Part shown: piece after piece, positions 62,973 through 64,000 of the stretch | Position numbering within the stretch: the stretch's first letter is position 1 | Layout of the letters: each line of letters opens with the position of its first letter | NCBI RefSeq assembly: GCF_006345805.1 | Contig: NC_043019.1 | Coordinates: 15,623,360-15,687,359 of the forward strand | DNA length: 64,000 nt | Direction of reading: 5' to 3' | Source: Octopus sinensis | Taxonomy: Eukaryota | The notes under the pieces: generated by a model | Seen by the model: only the letters and a program-made list of their open reading frames with translations | What the model was told of the DNA's origin: nothing | Databases searched by the model: none | Made by a program: the position numbers and the translations under genes

Positions 62973-63011
62973 TTTTGCACCTATATTTGAACAGCCTGAT
63001 TGTGAGGAGAG
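62973..63011 (+). CDS. Internal coding exon D ((S)FAPIFEQPDCEE, phase 2 to 2)
   Basis: Acceptor ttgatttgaatttcag| and donor GAG|gtaggt. 39 nt, symmetric, phase-compatible with exon C. Confidence 0.65.
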
Positions 63012-63130
63012 GTAGGTTTTACGTTACCTCCCACTCCCATAAACAGTTACCACCCTCCCATGTTTCATCACCACCAATTTATCTTTTCTTGTCTTTTTCA
63101 CATAACATACATTTATATATCTACATACAC

Positions 63131-63162
<32 letters not shown>

Positions 63163-63853
63163 ATATAATATATATATATATATAATTTATTTTTTGCTAA
63201 TCCAGTTGATTGTTACTCTACAGTTTCTCTGGTGTCTTATTGTTTCATCAGAGAGAATTAACTGGATTTATTTAATTCTGTTTGATGAACCAAATGGACA
63301 TCAGAAAAACACCAGAATAATGACACCTGCTGGGTCAGTCAGTTATTACATTCTACTGCAGTACTGAGTACATATTTTGTATCTTTTTTGACAACACCAA
63401 TTTTCTGTGTGTGTGTGTGTAAAATTATTTAATGTACACAGCATAAAGAGATCAGCTACTAATAGAGATACAAAGTGTGTTATAAAAACCTGCCCAGACA
63501 CATGTCTTTACAGCAAGAAACTATTAGCAGCTTGTATCTTTATGCTGTGTACATTAAATTATAGTTATCTCTCACTGGATGGAGTACTTTTTTTTGTTGA
63601 TCGTACCTTAATAGAACAGTAAGCTATATATATATACATATATATATATACACACACACACACATACATATAATGTCAGCTACATGAAATTCTGACTCCC
63701 TATCATTCTTCATGTAAAAATTTAATAAAAAGTAATGAGTAAATTCTTCAGTTTCATGTTAGCATGACAAAAACAAACATTAGTGTGTGTATATTATAAT
63801 CAAATAGACTCCAATGGGGCTGATATTGTGAAATCAATAAAAGGAATACAGTG

Positions 63854-63856
<3 letters not shown>

Positions 63857-63904
<48 letters not shown>

Positions 63905-63930
63905 GATAGATAGATAGAGAGAGAGAGATA
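63857..63930. repeat. (TA)n followed by (GATA)n/(GA)n
   Basis: Read directly. Confidence 0.9.
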
Positions 63931-64000
63931 CAAACTGTCATAAGGATGTGCATGAAATAGTAATATTGATGGTATCAATGTCTAACCATATTTTCCCATG

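Overview
AT-rich, microsatellite-dense eukaryotic DNA. The abundant interspersed repeats look like those of an Octopus genome (recognition from memory, not a database search). Most of the window reads as intron of one large + strand gene. Four small exons (15014-15102, 18959-19013, 47773-47900, 62973-63011) have canonical splice sites and join in one stop-free frame into a Ser/Arg-rich peptide I cannot identify; none appears in the correct frame in the ORF track. The rest is repeats: several SINE families (labels A-E and G are my own); relics of RTE, R4/Dong-like and HERO-like LINEs, all antisense to the gene; a full-length but broken DD34D mariner inside a minisatellite; DD37D maT fragments; hAT- and piggyBac-type MITEs; a Helentron-type element; two Penelope-like termini with decayed minimal hammerhead ribozymes; a ~320 bp foldback; and a ~770 bp near-identical tandem duplication. 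Nearly all long ORFs in the track are microsatellite artefacts. I found no tRNA or rRNA gene, no CRISPR array and no clearly novel multi-gene system. Boundaries of decayed repeats are approximate (tens of bp).
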